Below are positions 1 to 11,400 of a stretch of 64,000 bases of DNA, piece by piece; position 1 is the stretch's first letter, and every line of letters starts with the position of its first letter. The translations under genes were made by a program, and so were the position numbers. Source of the stretch: an uncultured Candidatus Saccharibacteria bacterium (GTDB taxonomy: Bacteria; Patescibacteriota; Saccharimonadia; CAZHVB01); the NCBI GenBank assembly GCA_964600295.1, contig CAZRIY010000001.1, positions 169,733-233,732 of the forward strand, in the 5' to 3' direction. The notes below the pieces were generated by a model. It did not search any database, was not told the origin of the DNA, and was given only the letters and a program-made list of their open reading frames with translations.

Positions 1-236
1 GTAGCGAATAGTGCTACCACCAAACCAATAATGGCATAAAGGATGGTATCTTTAGCCCGCTTAGCGCGCTCTGGGTTACCGGCAGAAGTAATATATTGAA
101 TCCCCGCAATAATGATAAAAATTACCGCCACCGCACCGACTATTAGAAAGATGGTGCTAAAGATGGAGCCCAAGGCGTTGCTATCGGCTTTGACGTCGGG
201 CAGATCCAAGCCGCCGGCCTTAAAGTCTGGGTTCAT
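1..236 (-). CDS. VirB2/TrbC-like T4SS pilin (partial, runs off window start; not in ORF track)
   Basis: Manual translation MNPDFKAGGLDLPDVKADSNALGSIFSTIFLIVGAVAVIFIIIAGIQYITSAGNPERAKRAKDTILYAIIGLVVALFA; hydrophobic hairpin with GxxYITSAGNP motif shared with the next two genes. Confidence 0.8.
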   Translation of the reverse strand, partial: MNPDFKAGGLDLPDVKADSNALGSIFSTIFLIVGAVAVIFIIIAGIQYITSAGNPERAKRAKDTILYAIIGLVVALFA

Positions 237-239
237 AAC

Positions 240-614
240 CTAAAATAGCCCCGCAATATAGCCCACTATTAGACTGGCTACAATCGCTATAATCAAACCT
301 ATAACGGCGTTGGTAAGAATGCTTTGGGCTTGTTTGGTGCGGTCTGGATTACCGGAGCTGGTGATGTAAGTTATGCCAGCGTAAATTATTAGAATTACCG
401 CCAGTAGCCCGGCCAAAGCCAGAGCCATGCGTGTTACATTTGCCACTACAGTCCAGATCTGAATTAACTCAAAATGTATAATCTGGCAATCAAATTTGTC
501 GCCGACTTTCTCTGCTTGAAAATGGAGACCCTTACCCCAATGCGGAAAACCGAAGAACACATTTTCCGCGCACTCTTTATTGGCATGATCGGCAAACCAG
601 TTCAACCAATTCAT
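240..614 (-). CDS. VirB2/TrbC-like T4SS pilin
   Basis: Two hydrophobic helices flanking GITYITSSGNPD..AQSILTNAVIGL. Confidence 0.8.
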   Translation of the reverse strand: MNWLNWFADHANKECAENVFFGFPHWGKGLHFQAEKVGDKFDCQIIHFELIQIWTVVANVTRMALALAGLLAVILIIYAGITYITSSGNPDRTKQAQSILTNAVIGLIIAIVASLIVGYIAGLF

Positions 615-1009
615 AACAACCCGCCGGGGATTAAGAAATTCAGTATGGCCGCCATAAATATGAATAATAGCAGAGCAATTATGGCGTTGGTTAGCATCTT
701 CTTAGCACCAGCAATAGCTTCGGGATTGCCGGCACTTGTGATGTATCTAATGCCACTAATTACAATCATCAGCACAATTACAATTCCAACTCCGGCGGAT
801 AAGAAACGAATGATACCGCCCAACATATCAAAAATGGGATTAACAATGTCTCCGGCGTCCCCCTTGCAACCCACCGGTATGGCAATCTTTACTTTTTTTG
901 CGCCCTTACCGCATTCTTCTGCGAAGACAAGGGAGGGTATAAAAATCAAACCTGATATTAAAATACTAACAGCTGCTGCAAAGATTTTTGGTTTCGTTAG
1001 CTTTAACAT
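611..1009 (-). CDS. VirB2/TrbC-like T4SS pilin
   Basis: Signal peptide, Cys pair, GIRYITSAGNPEAIAGAKKMLTNAIIAL motif; 4-nt overlap with next pilin. Confidence 0.8.
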   Translation of the reverse strand: MLKLTKPKIFAAAVSILISGLIFIPSLVFAEECGKGAKKVKIAIPVGCKGDAGDIVNPIFDMLGGIIRFLSAGVGIVIVLMIVISGIRYITSAGNPEAIAGAKKMLTNAIIALLLFIFMAAILNFLIPGGLL

Positions 1010-1128
1010 TTCTATCTTTCACTCATGCTTACCCAGATTGTACTAGGGGTAAAACGGTATTACAATATAGAGTGTCGCGCCACATAAAATGTTGATTTTG
1101 TATCAAGATTGTGGTATAAAAGGAGATT

Positions 1129-1842
1129 ATGGCAATGGTTAAAGTAGAAGAACAATTCAGACCTTCACATGTTGAACGAGGGGGTAAAGTTCTAGAGCTA
1201 AAGCGCAGCCCTTCTCGCACTAAACGGTTAATAGCCATTGGATCAATTCCAGTTACACTAGCCGGCGGCATCGTTGGCTATCTTGCAACTCGTGGTGAAG
1301 ATGCACCATCCCGCTCCCGTTCTACTGCTGCGGGCAATTCGCAAGAGCGACCAAGCGTGTATCAGCCTGAAGCAGAATTAATAGACCCCATTGGAGATAC
1401 AACAACAGTTGAACCGGTGATAGTGGATCCGGCGCGCGATGCCATCATTCAGGCTGAACAAGCCAAAGATTCCTTGGTTTCAAACTGGCAGAACATCGTT
1501 AATAGTGACACTTACGAAGAGGCTTTCACCTACGCCGAGCATTTTTTTACAGCCCGCGTCATTAATACAGAGCCGGAATATGTCAGCAGTTTCATAGAAG
1601 ATGCCATGGCATTTGGTGGCACCAACCAACACCGTGAATTCAAGTGGGTAGTTATGCCGGAATTGACAGATTTTAACGGCAACCGTAGTCGAACTCTAGG
1701 TATTCAGGAATACGAGCTTAGGGACGTTGTAGAGCTTCAAGGCGATCTCGTCCAATATACGCTCTGGTTAGATAAGGTAAGTGGTGAATTGCTGATAGAT
1801 GGGCTCGAAAATCTGGAGCAGGGCGTTATAGAATCTTCCTAG
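1129..1842 (+). CDS. Single-pass membrane protein in the T4SS locus, function unknown
   Basis: 237 aa, one N-proximal TM segment, AAGGAG SD upstream. Confidence 0.6.
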   Translation: MAMVKVEEQFRPSHVERGGKVLELKRSPSRTKRLIAIGSIPVTLAGGIVGYLATRGEDAPSRSRSTAAGNSQERPSVYQPEAELIDPIGDTTTVEPVIVDPARDAIIQAEQAKDSLVSNWQNIVNSDTYEEAFTYAEHFFTARVINTEPEYVSSFIEDAMAFGGTNQHREFKWVVMPELTDFNGNRSRTLGIQEYELRDVVELQGDLVQYTLWLDKVSGELLIDGLENLEQGVIESS

Positions 1843-1914
1843 CTTTAAATAAGTCATTGTAGCAATCGCCACATATAGGGGAAATTCCCTAAAAGCTCAT
1901 GCTAAAATAAGCCC

Positions 1915-4566
1915 ATGCGCTCCCTCTTATGGAAAGGCCTGCTTTCGCTTATACTGATTGCGTCATTGTTGCCATCCGGAGTCTGGGCTCAACCGCCGGG
2001 GGTTGCCATCGGAAAATGGATCGACCGTGCCACCATTGAGGTAACTTCAGGCGAATTAGTTGGCGAGAAGTTTTATGACCCCCTTATAGATACGGTATCG
2101 GTTTTCGTTGAGCACCCTTCCTCTGATGCAGATGACTGCACGAGCTTATTCTTTTTTGGCTATCGACGAAACGACTTTGCGGGGGGGGACTGGGAAATCG
2201 CCGAGTCGCCGACATCTAACGAAAGTGATTACAGTACCGGCGCCGCCTACATCGTTATCAACAAACTCAACCAAGCCGGCACGCAGTGTATCTGGCCTGA
2301 AATCACGGCCGACTTAGCCAATGATACTGATAACGCAGAAGCAAAATTAGACGATCTACCTGAAGGTGAGGTTAAACAGCTTATCGGCCTAACTGACCCT
2401 GACAACAGCCGCATATTTTATTACTACGCTAATGAAAAGCATGATGAGTTAATACGAGTCGATGATTTTGACTACTACGTGCAGGTCGATACCAACGCAG
2501 CCGGAAACAAAGTGTTCGAAAAGACTGATGACGCAGACGAATGCTCCGATAGGATCGAGATAACGGGCAGCGGTGGCCCCACTTACGACGATGCGGAGCA
2601 CAGAATAAGAGTACTGGATGCTACATGCAAGGTAGAAAGTTCGGCTGCAATCCGGATAGGAGAAGACGAGGAGCGTTCCAAGAACCCTGTTGTAGGCCCC
2701 CTAACCAAGGATGATCTAGACAGCCGTAAGCAAAAAGGTGGGCCAGCCGGTGCAACGGATGTAGAGTGCGATGCCGGGCCACTGTCCTGGATTGTTTGTA
2801 CAGTTATTGACGCTATTAAAAGTGCGGCCGACTGGTTTTTGAAGGAAGTTATTACACCCTTCCTTAAGGTTAGTCCGCTGCAAGCAGAAAGCGGCAATAC
2901 CGTTTTTGAGAGTTGGAAAGGCATCCGCAACTTGGCCAATATACTGCTGATACCGGTCTTTTTTGTGCTTATTTTTGCCCAAGCCCTGTCCTTAAACATC
3001 GATGCCTATACTATTAAGAAAATGCTGCCAAAGTTGGTGGCGGCAGTCATTCTAATACAATTTTCCTTCTATGCCGTAGCTTTCTTAGTGGATATCTTCA
3101 ACGTACTGGGCAATGGCATTGGAGATTTGCTAACCAGTGCCGTCAAGGGTGAACAGCTAGGCGGCAGTGGGGGTACACAGTTTAAATTTGGGGAAGGTGA
3201 AAGCGTGGCAGCTGGATTAGCTATTACTTTAGGGCTCTTACTTACTGTGCCGTTTGCCATAGCTATTTTTGGATTCTTGCTAATACTAATGCTGGCCTTG
3301 TTGGCGGTGGTAGTCACCCTTATCTTTAGGCAGGTACTAATTGTCTTTCTGGCAATCTTGGCCCCCGTCGCGTTTGTGGCCTGGGTATTACCCAATACCC
3401 AGGGCTTATTTAAGCTTTGGTGGGATAGCCTTCTGAAAGCGCTGGCAATGTACCCATTGATCGTAATGTTGTTTGCGGCCGCCGTCATTGGATCATCTCT
3501 AATTAGCGGCGGGGCCATCAGTGGTCCTAAGACCGGAGCACTCAGGAACAACTTAGAAACCATTGCCGCAATCATACTCCTAATCATTCCCTTCGCTTTA
3601 ATCCCCCTTACTTTTCGGCTCGGCGGTACTGCCATGGCTGGTATAGCTAGTGGCGTCCAAAATTTTCGTGGGCGTCTGCCTGGTGGAGGTGGCGGCGGGC
3701 GGCGTGGCGGAGGGCCAGGCGGACCAGGTGGCCAACCCCGCCCCGGTACTTTTCGAGATCGTATGCAACAATATCGTAGAGCAACAGCGGCTGGCGTAAA
3801 TAGGACTGGACGAATACCTTTAATAGGCGGTGTGGCTAGAGTAATGTCAAGACAGGGTGTAGGCATAGGTAGGGGGGCAAGGACAGGAGCACAAATGGAA
3901 CTACAAAGACAAGTTGGCGAAAACGTTAAAGAAATCGAAAACCTGAGTCATGATCAGCGAAATTTACTAGCTTTTGGATCTCGGGGGGCAGCACTTGCTG
4001 CAATAGATAGGCAGGAAACCGACAGAACTATGGATGCGGCGCAGGCGGCCAGAGCACGACAAAACGTAGATCAAAATTGGGGATCGGTGAGTGCGCTGGC
4101 CAGAAATCCATCTATGCATCTTGCTGCCTTCTCCAAGCTGGCGGAGGACGGGCTGGCTACACATGAACAATTTGCAAGTGTTAGGGATGTCACGCGGGAC
4201 AACCCACAGGTTAGGGGTGCTGTATTAGGAAAAGCGGCTTTCGATATGTACAGTAAGGGCTCTACTAACTTTCTGCGATGGTCTGATGGTGAAGGTGCAG
4301 CTAATGATACAGTGCAAAGCTTCGTTGGCAGGATGGGGGCACAACAGTTTGCTGAGGCGAAGGATCTTGGAGATCCAGTAATACACGGTGTCCTGATTGA
4401 TAGGGCGCGTCAGAACCCAGAGACTGCTAATGCCCTGCGCCATGCCTTAACGCTAACAGCTTCGCCCAATACTCGTGAAGATATAAGATTGATTCTGGAA
4501 TCGGCCGGGCGCTCGACTGAACCCATCGCCACTGCTACTACTCGTGGTACCCCGGACGAAACTTAA
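1915..4566 (+). CDS. VirB6/TrbL-like polytopic membrane protein with large extracellular N-terminal domain
   Basis: Signal peptide, acidic Cys-containing N-domain, 7-8 TM core (WKGIRNLAN..KKMLPKL..LAPVAFVAWVLPNT), Gly/Arg-rich tail; precedes PrgI and VirB4. Confidence 0.7.
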   Translation: MRSLLWKGLLSLILIASLLPSGVWAQPPGVAIGKWIDRATIEVTSGELVGEKFYDPLIDTVSVFVEHPSSDADDCTSLFFFGYRRNDFAGGDWEIAESPTSNESDYSTGAAYIVINKLNQAGTQCIWPEITADLANDTDNAEAKLDDLPEGEVKQLIGLTDPDNSRIFYYYANEKHDELIRVDDFDYYVQVDTNAAGNKVFEKTDDADECSDRIEITGSGGPTYDDAEHRIRVLDATCKVESSAAIRIGEDEERSKNPVVGPLTKDDLDSRKQKGGPAGATDVECDAGPLSWIVCTVIDAIKSAADWFLKEVITPFLKVSPLQAESGNTVFESWKGIRNLANILLIPVFFVLIFAQALSLNIDAYTIKKMLPKLVAAVILIQFSFYAVAFLVDIFNVLGNGIGDLLTSAVKGEQLGGSGGTQFKFGEGESVAAGLAITLGLLLTVPFAIAIFGFLLILMLALLAVVVTLIFRQVLIVFLAILAPVAFVAWVLPNTQGLFKLWWDSLLKALAMYPLIVMLFAAAVIGSSLISGGAISGPKTGALRNNLETIAAIILLIIPFALIPLTFRLGGTAMAGIASGVQNFRGRLPGGGGGGRRGGGPGGPGGQPRPGTFRDRMQQYRRATAAGVNRTGRIPLIGGVARVMSRQGVGIGRGARTGAQMELQRQVGENVKEIENLSHDQRNLLAFGSRGAALAAIDRQETDRTMDAAQAARARQNVDQNWGSVSALARNPSMHLAAFSKLAEDGLATHEQFASVRDVTRDNPQVRGAVLGKAAFDMYSKGSTNFLRWSDGEGAANDTVQSFVGRMGAQQFAEAKDLGDPVIHGVLIDRARQNPETANALRHALTLTASPNTREDIRLILESAGRSTEPIATATTRGTPDET

Positions 4567-4577
4567 GAAGAAGTTTG

Positions 4578-5417
4578 ATGGCTACCTATAAAATTCCCCA
4601 AAACGTCGAAGCCGAAGATAAACTACTTGGCCCTTTTACCTTTAAGCAGTTCATCTTCCTGCTTATGGCGGCTTTTGCGGCGTTGGTAACCTGGTTGCTG
4701 TGGCGGATTAATCCTTGGGTCAGTTCACTGTCTATACCTTTTATACTGCTTTTCGGATTCTTGGGCATCTACCACCGTGAGGACCAACCGGTAGAGGTCT
4801 ACCTAGTAGCAGCGCTAAATTACTTGTTTAAGCCGAGGCGGCGAAAGTGGAGCCAAGAAGGCTTGGTAGAAACTGTCCGCCTGACCGCGCCCAAAGTTAA
4901 GCTAAGGCCCGAACTTAAAAGGCTCAGTTCCGAGCGGGGACAGCTAAAGACCCTGGCTAACATCATGGACACTCGGGGCTGGGCTATTAAGCGGCCGGAA
5001 CTCACCGAACCGCTGGCCAACCAGTATTTTTCGGCTGATGATCGACTGGCTATGCCTGATCTACCTTCATCTGCCACTGAACCGCTGGAGGTGCATGCCT
5101 ATGATGATCCGCTTGACCCACTTCAGTATGGCGACGCCGATAAGTTTTCTGATCTGGCCCAAACCAGCTCCAAGCAGGCCAAAGCCCAGGCCATAGCCAA
5201 AATGGAGGCTGCTATCAATACCAGACAACCCACAGACGCACCAGCGGCAGTGGTCAATAGCACCGACCAAGTAGAGCGGGTAAGATCTGACACTGCCAAA
5301 AACTTAGCTATGAACGATGTTTTACGGGTCAGCGAGATCGCTAAACAGGCCCAAAAAATTCCCAAGGGCGAGCTACCAAAAGGCATAGAGATAGATCTGC
5401 CAAATCCTGGCGAATAG
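4578..5417 (+). CDS. PrgI family (VirB3-like) protein
   Basis: N-terminus MATYKIPQNVEAEDKLLGPFTFKQF followed by two TM helices. Confidence 0.85.
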   Translation: MATYKIPQNVEAEDKLLGPFTFKQFIFLLMAAFAALVTWLLWRINPWVSSLSIPFILLFGFLGIYHREDQPVEVYLVAALNYLFKPRRRKWSQEGLVETVRLTAPKVKLRPELKRLSSERGQLKTLANIMDTRGWAIKRPELTEPLANQYFSADDRLAMPDLPSSATEPLEVHAYDDPLDPLQYGDADKFSDLAQTSSKQAKAQAIAKMEAAINTRQPTDAPAAVVNSTDQVERVRSDTAKNLAMNDVLRVSEIAKQAQKIPKGELPKGIEIDLPNPGE

Positions 5418-5425
5418 AGCAAATC

Positions 5426-5460
5426 TACCGCTTATTGACATAAGCGGTATCTGTTATACT
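5426..5460 (+). promoter_or_regulatory. Palindrome plus extended -10 element upstream of the VirB4 pair
   Basis: TACCGCTTAT-TGAC-ATAAGCGGTA (perfect 10-bp arms) followed by TGTTATACT. Confidence 0.45.
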
Positions 5461-5485
5461 TGGGGCAGATTTAGAAGGATAATTA

Positions 5486-6403
5486 ATGGCGCTTCAAGAA
5501 AAACAGCCCCAACAGTCTAATCCTGTACCCACTGCGGCCGGTGGACTCCTCCCCGTCCAGCCAACCTCGGTTAATCAAACTAACCCGGCGGTATCCCCGC
5601 CAATTCAGCCCAACCCCGCACCGCAAGCCAGCCCTAGCCTGGCTGAACCAACCAAGCTGCCGAAAGCCAAAAAAACCAAGACCAAAGGGGTTTCGACCCA
5701 AGGCGCCTTGTTGATTTCGGAGATTCGCGACGGCCTGGTGATCATGAAGGATGGCAGCTTGCGAGCGGTAGTAATGTGCCAGTCAATCAATTTTGACCTG
5801 ATGAGTCCGGCCGAACGCGAGGCCGTGGAGTTTACTTACCAAGGTTTTTTGAACGCACTTTATTTCCCGATTCAAATCTTCATCCGCTCCCAGCGGGTGG
5901 ACCTCAACAGCTACATTGACAAGCTGGAAGCAATTCATACCGGTCAAGAGAACATTCTACTATCGCTGTTGATGGAGGATTACATTGCCTATGTACGCTA
6001 CTTAGTGGAGGCTGCTAATGTTATGGACAAGCAGTTTTATGTGGTAGTACCCTACTATCCGCCGCTGACCTTACAGAAAGGGGGAATTTCCACGGGTATC
6101 CACCGGTTTACTTCCTTCTTGCGCCCCAAAACCGGCCCGATTGTGATCAACCAGGCTGATTACGCCCGTTTCAAAGCCGAGCTGACCCAGCGGGTACAGG
6201 CGGTTTTATCGGGATTGAATCAAATGGGTACCCAGGCCGTGCCCCTAAATACTCAGGAACTGATCGAGCTTTACTACACAGTCTATAATCCCCAGACGGC
6301 ACTGAGTCAACGCTTGACCGATGTTGATGATTTGGAAGCACAGATGGTGGAAAAAGGTCAGGGGCAGGCACCGCCGGTTTTGCACGGAGATAGTCAACTA
6401 TGA
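5486..6403 (+). CDS. T4SS protein resembling the TraC/VirB4 N-terminal domain
   Basis: ISEIRDGLVIMKDGSLRAV..SINFDLMS..FLNALYFPIQI..LNTQELIELYY, typical of the CPR gene preceding virB4; Pro-rich N-terminus. Confidence 0.7.
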   Translation: MALQEKQPQQSNPVPTAAGGLLPVQPTSVNQTNPAVSPPIQPNPAPQASPSLAEPTKLPKAKKTKTKGVSTQGALLISEIRDGLVIMKDGSLRAVVMCQSINFDLMSPAEREAVEFTYQGFLNALYFPIQIFIRSQRVDLNSYIDKLEAIHTGQENILLSLLMEDYIAYVRYLVEAANVMDKQFYVVVPYYPPLTLQKGGISTGIHRFTSFLRPKTGPIVINQADYARFKAELTQRVQAVLSGLNQMGTQAVPLNTQELIELYYTVYNPQTALSQRLTDVDDLEAQMVEKGQGQAPPVLHGDSQL

Positions 6404-6412
6404 GGGGTGGGG

Positions 6413-8422
6413 ATGGCCTTACTGGGTAGATTCAAGAAGACCGCTGAAGTCGGGCTGGCCGAGCAACAGCGGCTGCGCGAAGCCGCCCAGGTTGAGCAAG
6501 AGTTTCGCGAAGGCATCACAACCTTGCGCGATTTTATCGCGCCTTCCTCGATTGAATTCAATTCCGATTACTTCCGCTTGGGAAACCGCTACGCTGCCAC
6601 TTTCTATGTCTACGGCTACCCTCGGCAGCTTTATACTGGCTGGTTATCTCCGATTATCAACGTTGATGAAACTATCGACCTGAGCATTTTCATTTACCCG
6701 GTAGAAAGCCGAGTGGTGCTAGAGAATTTGCGCAAAAAAGTTGGCCAGATGGAAGCCAGCATTTCCATCCTCCAAGAAAAAGGCCGGGTACGCGATCCTG
6801 GGCTAGATGCTTCAATTACCGATGCCGAGGAGCTGCGCGATAAACTCCAAGTTGGGGAAGAGCGCTTCTTTCGCTTTGGACTTTACCTAACGTTATATGC
6901 CGATACTCGCGAAGAGCTTCAAGCCGCCCAGCGCAAAATTGAGGGGATCTTTGGTCAAGAACTTGTCTATACCAAGATTGCCACCTTGCAGCTAGAACAA
7001 GGTTTTAACTCGACCGTGCCCCAAGGTATGGACCAGCTAGAAATCCGCCGCAATTTCAGTACGGGGGCGTTATCCACTAGCTTTCCTTTCACTTCGGCCG
7101 ACCTATCCCAAGAGAACGGCATTCTTTATGGCATCAACATGCACAACAATGGCTTGGTGATTTTCGATCGCTTTAGTTTGGAAAACGCCAACATGGTGGT
7201 GTTTGCCAAATCGGGTGCTGGTAAATCTTTTACGGTTAAGCTTGAGGCTTTGCGCTCACTAATGATGGGCACCCAAGTTATCGTCATAGATCCGGAGAAC
7301 GAATATCAGCGACTGTGCGAAGCTGTCGGGGGCAGCTATGTTCGGCTGAGCCTAAACTCCAAAACCTACATCAACCCCTTTGAACTGCCCCATGTACTGG
7401 ACGAGGAAGAAGCTGATAACGCCTTGCGGGCCAACTTAATTACCCTACACGGTTTATTGCGGTTGATGCTGGGGGCCCAGCAAGCCGGCGCCGCCTCCCA
7501 AATTTACGTTGGCCTTACACCCGAGGAAGAAGCTGATCTAGATCTGGCTTTAATCAATACTTACGGCCAAAAGGGCATTACCAATGATGCTTTGACGCAT
7601 GGTGCCACGCCACCGACCATCAAGGATCTTTACGAAACCCTGGTTAGCATGGAGGGCAATGGTCCTTCCCTGGCCCAACGGCTACGCAAGTTTACTACCG
7701 GCACTTTTTCTGGCATTTTTTCCAACCAATCCAGCGTTAGCTTAGACAATAACTTTATTGTTTTTAATATCCGCGATTTGGAAGAAGAACTGCGGCCGGT
7801 GGCTATGTACATTATTCTCAACCACGTTTGGAACCGAGTGAAGAGCGAAATGCGCCGACGTTACCTGATTGTCGATGAAGGCTGGCAGTTGATGCGTTAT
7901 GAGGATTCAGCCAACTTTTTGTTCTCAGTGGCCAAGCGAGCCCGCAAGTACGAACTGGGGTTAACCACAATTTCTCAGGACGTAGAAGATTTTCTGTCCT
8001 CGCGGATGGGACGGGCGATTGTGGCCAATTCCAGCTTGCAGATGTTGCTCAAGCAAGCGCCCTCGGCCGTCGATTTGGTGGCAGACACCTTTAAGTTAAC
8101 CAGCGAGGAAAAAAAGCGGCTATCCCAATTTCCGGTTGGACAGGGTCTATTTTTTGCCGGCTCCAACCATATCCATATGCGGATTGACGCCTCGCCCACT
8201 GAGACCCAGCTGATTACTACTGATCCCAAACAGTTGCGGGTGCTTCAAGCCATGGCCGAAAGTGGCAACACTGCTGCCGCTGCCACCTCATTGACTACTG
8301 AGCCCGTCGACCAAGAATCATCGACCGAGCCATCACGGGTTACCCCACCCGCATCATCGCAAATTGCGTCCCCGGGATCAGCTACTGATAAATTAATGCC
8401 CACCCAAACCCCAGAGGTTTAG
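6413..8422 (+). CDS. virB4: VirB4-like T4SS ATPase
   Basis: Walker A AKSGAGKS, IDPENEY, Walker B LIVDEGW, KRARKY, ISQDVEDF. Confidence 0.9.
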   Translation: MALLGRFKKTAEVGLAEQQRLREAAQVEQEFREGITTLRDFIAPSSIEFNSDYFRLGNRYAATFYVYGYPRQLYTGWLSPIINVDETIDLSIFIYPVESRVVLENLRKKVGQMEASISILQEKGRVRDPGLDASITDAEELRDKLQVGEERFFRFGLYLTLYADTREELQAAQRKIEGIFGQELVYTKIATLQLEQGFNSTVPQGMDQLEIRRNFSTGALSTSFPFTSADLSQENGILYGINMHNNGLVIFDRFSLENANMVVFAKSGAGKSFTVKLEALRSLMMGTQVIVIDPENEYQRLCEAVGGSYVRLSLNSKTYINPFELPHVLDEEEADNALRANLITLHGLLRLMLGAQQAGAASQIYVGLTPEEEADLDLALINTYGQKGITNDALTHGATPPTIKDLYETLVSMEGNGPSLAQRLRKFTTGTFSGIFSNQSSVSLDNNFIVFNIRDLEEELRPVAMYIILNHVWNRVKSEMRRRYLIVDEGWQLMRYEDSANFLFSVAKRARKYELGLTTISQDVEDFLSSRMGRAIVANSSLQMLLKQAPSAVDLVADTFKLTSEEKKRLSQFPVGQGLFFAGSNHIHMRIDASPTETQLITTDPKQLRVLQAMAESGNTAAAATSLTTEPVDQESSTEPSRVTPPASSQIASPGSATDKLMPTQTPEV

Positions 8423-8437
8423 CCTCCCAGCATCAAA

Positions 8438-11400
8438 ATGGCCAAAGCCACTCCCGAAGAGCAAACCGAAAAAGACCAGTTAGACCGCACTTATAGGGAG
8501 TCGTTGAGCCAAGAAGATGTCGAGAGTGGGGTCAAACAAGCTGAATCTCACGCCAACCAGAGTTTTTATAACAATGGAGGCCAACCAAAAGGCTCCCAGC
8601 CATTTGGTTGGGTTGGCCGCCATCGCAAAAAACTTGTCACTGGTGGGATATTGGGAGTGCTAACTGGTGGTGGCCTGATTGGGCTTTTTTCATTTCTGGC
8701 TCCCTTAAAATTGGATTTCTTGGGCAAGAATATCGAGCAGACTCAACTGGACCGTCTCGAGTACACCGTAAATGGTCGTAGCCAGCGTTTTATGTACCAC
8801 CTGATGATGGCGGAAATAGCCGGCAATAATGGGGGCGATCCTAGTAACAATCGTTACTTCCGCGCTAAGGGCTGGTATCTAAGCGGCAATCCCCTGACTC
8901 AGTGGTATAAGGATATCCGCACCGACAAGTTTTTTAATGTGATGGAGCAGAAATACGGAGTCATCTTCGCTGCCGAAAGTGGAAATGCTCGCGGCCACCT
9001 GCGCGCCATCACCACTATTGATATGCCAGAATCCAAGGTCGATAGCCTCAGGCAATTATTTAAAGATATTGATACACCGAATGGCATAGATGTTGCCAAA
9101 CTGAACGAATTTGAGGGTGCTGTAGTTAATGAATTTGATAATGACCGTGATGCACGCCGAATGATCAGAAGTTTTATCAAGGATGACTCCCATGCCTGGC
9201 AGGTTCTCAAGCGGCGGCATTTGCGGCGATGGGCAGGAGAGCGACTGGGCATCCGTCGTTGGCGTTTCTTCGAGGGCACCCGCGATAAAACCGGTAAATC
9301 AGTTCGCACGACTTGGAGTAAGCTCACCGGTAACACCATGACTGGCAAAATCATCGGCTGTATTTTTTCGTTCGCTCTTTGTCCGGTTGATTCCAATGAC
9401 CTAAACGATAATGACAACAAGGTTGAAAATGGTAACGACCCAAATACCCAGCGATCGGTAGACGATACAGAAACCGATATCGACGACGGACAAGAGCGTG
9501 CCAAAGGACAGCTTGGCAAAGCCGATGAACGCTCGAGGATTCAAAAGTTAATTTCTAGAAAACTGATAATTCTAAGGGGTGTGAATATCCTCGACTGGCT
9601 GAGAACTTTCATAGCTATTGATGATAATATTTCTAGTCGTAAATTGACCAAAATGGTAGCCATTTCTCGAGCCGCAGAATACGCAACGGCCTACATGACT
9701 TTCGTGACGTTAACAGATCATCTCAAGGAAGGCGAAACCGTCACTGGCGAAGAAGTAAATGCAGCTATGCAGATGTTTCAATGTAGCGAATTTAGCGAGG
9801 CATATCAGCATATGATGGCCAAGCAAAATAGTGGTTCTAAAACGGCCAATATCGGTGCAGTGTATGCCCAGCAGAAGCAGCGCACCACCAAAGAATGCCC
9901 CTACTATGAAGAGGTAACTGACGAGCTTAAAGTTAACGGCCATGGTAGCAACGCCGCTAAAATTGAGAAATGGTACAACGATACCATCGGTCCGGTTATT
10001 GGTGAGATCGTGGATGCTGTTCGTTTTCTTGTGGAAAATCCGGTAAGCGCGGCCATCTTAAGCGTACTCGACTCCATATTCAACTTCTTACTACAGGGAT
10101 TGTTGGTAATCGTTAACTTTATATGGGACGAATCTGAGGAAGCTATCAAGAAACTGCTCAACAAGCTGGGCGAGGAAGTTATCTCTGGGCTGGGTGGGGC
10201 ACCACAATGCACCGCCAATGAATCGGGCGGCCGTAAGGTCGGCTGCGCTATTGGCGGCGCAGCAGTTACCCAAGAACAGTATCTGGCCTCCATTGGCGGC
10301 ATGAACCTGACCGATGATCAAGTTAATGAAGTGAAGCAAAAGGTAGCCTTTGCCAAGCAGCAAGATAGAGCCGCTACCAGCTGGTGGCATAGGCTGGCTT
10401 CAACCGAAGATCCCAATTCCCTGCTGGCCAGAACCGCAATGCGCTTGCCCAGCAATACTTCCCAGCTAGCCAGCGAATTTAGCAATCTGGCTAGCAGCTT
10501 CACCCCAACCAGCCGACTAACCGCCTCGGGCCAAGCACTAGCTGCTACAATCAGCGATTCGGCGTTAGCGGTGCCAGACCCGGATGAAAATCTTTTCGGC
10601 GTCGAATATAAAGGCTTTCTCAATAAAACCATCGAGAAGTCGCTACCCTATGACGGTAAAGCTAAAGACAAAGCAGGCGAACAGGCGCTGCTGGACGCCA
10701 TTGCTGATGGCCGCATTAAGGCAGAGCCACCTGCCGGTAATTGTGAAGATGAAATGGCTGCCCACACCGCACAATTGGTAGGTGATGACGACATTAAGAC
10801 CGATGATGATGGGCCAACCATGATGAGTGTATGTAAACTTGATACGGCTATTAGTGAAGCCATGAAATCATTCTTTACCGAGGAAGATGATGGTGGCATT
10901 GGAACTTCAACAAGCATTGATGGCTCTGGAGAGACGGGTGTAAATGGACTCGAGTGCCCAGATAAATTACAGGAAAACCCAACCCATCCGGGCTACTATA
11001 AAATGCCCGAAGCGCCAAGTGGTGAGTACGTTATTTACTCTGTTGATGCCCGTAGATATGGAAGCAAAGAGTTAGTTTGCTCAATTTATACGGTAGCTCT
11101 GGCCTATAAGGATAAATACGGTAATAAATCAACTGTTAACGTCGGTGACCTTAACGGCGGATATCCGCACGCCAGCCACTATAAAGGCATTGCCGTTGAT
11201 ATAGATGCGCACGGCCAAATCTGTGCGGCTGACCATACCCATCCTACGCCAGGTGATGGATCGGGACTTTGCGGACCATATAACGCAGAAGCCACCGTCG
11301 ACCTTGGCAAAATGTGGATAGACACCGGTATTTTGCAGGATATATGGTGGTGCGAGAAACCAGGAGACGGATCAACCGAAGCCATTCGCATATATGGCGA

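Noticed and set aside
474-1046. 190-aa plus-strand ORF and similar antisense ORFs (e.g. 3069-3866, 8899-9519, 62186-62683)
   Set aside because: They are shadows of well-supported genes on the opposite strand and show no recognisable motifs.
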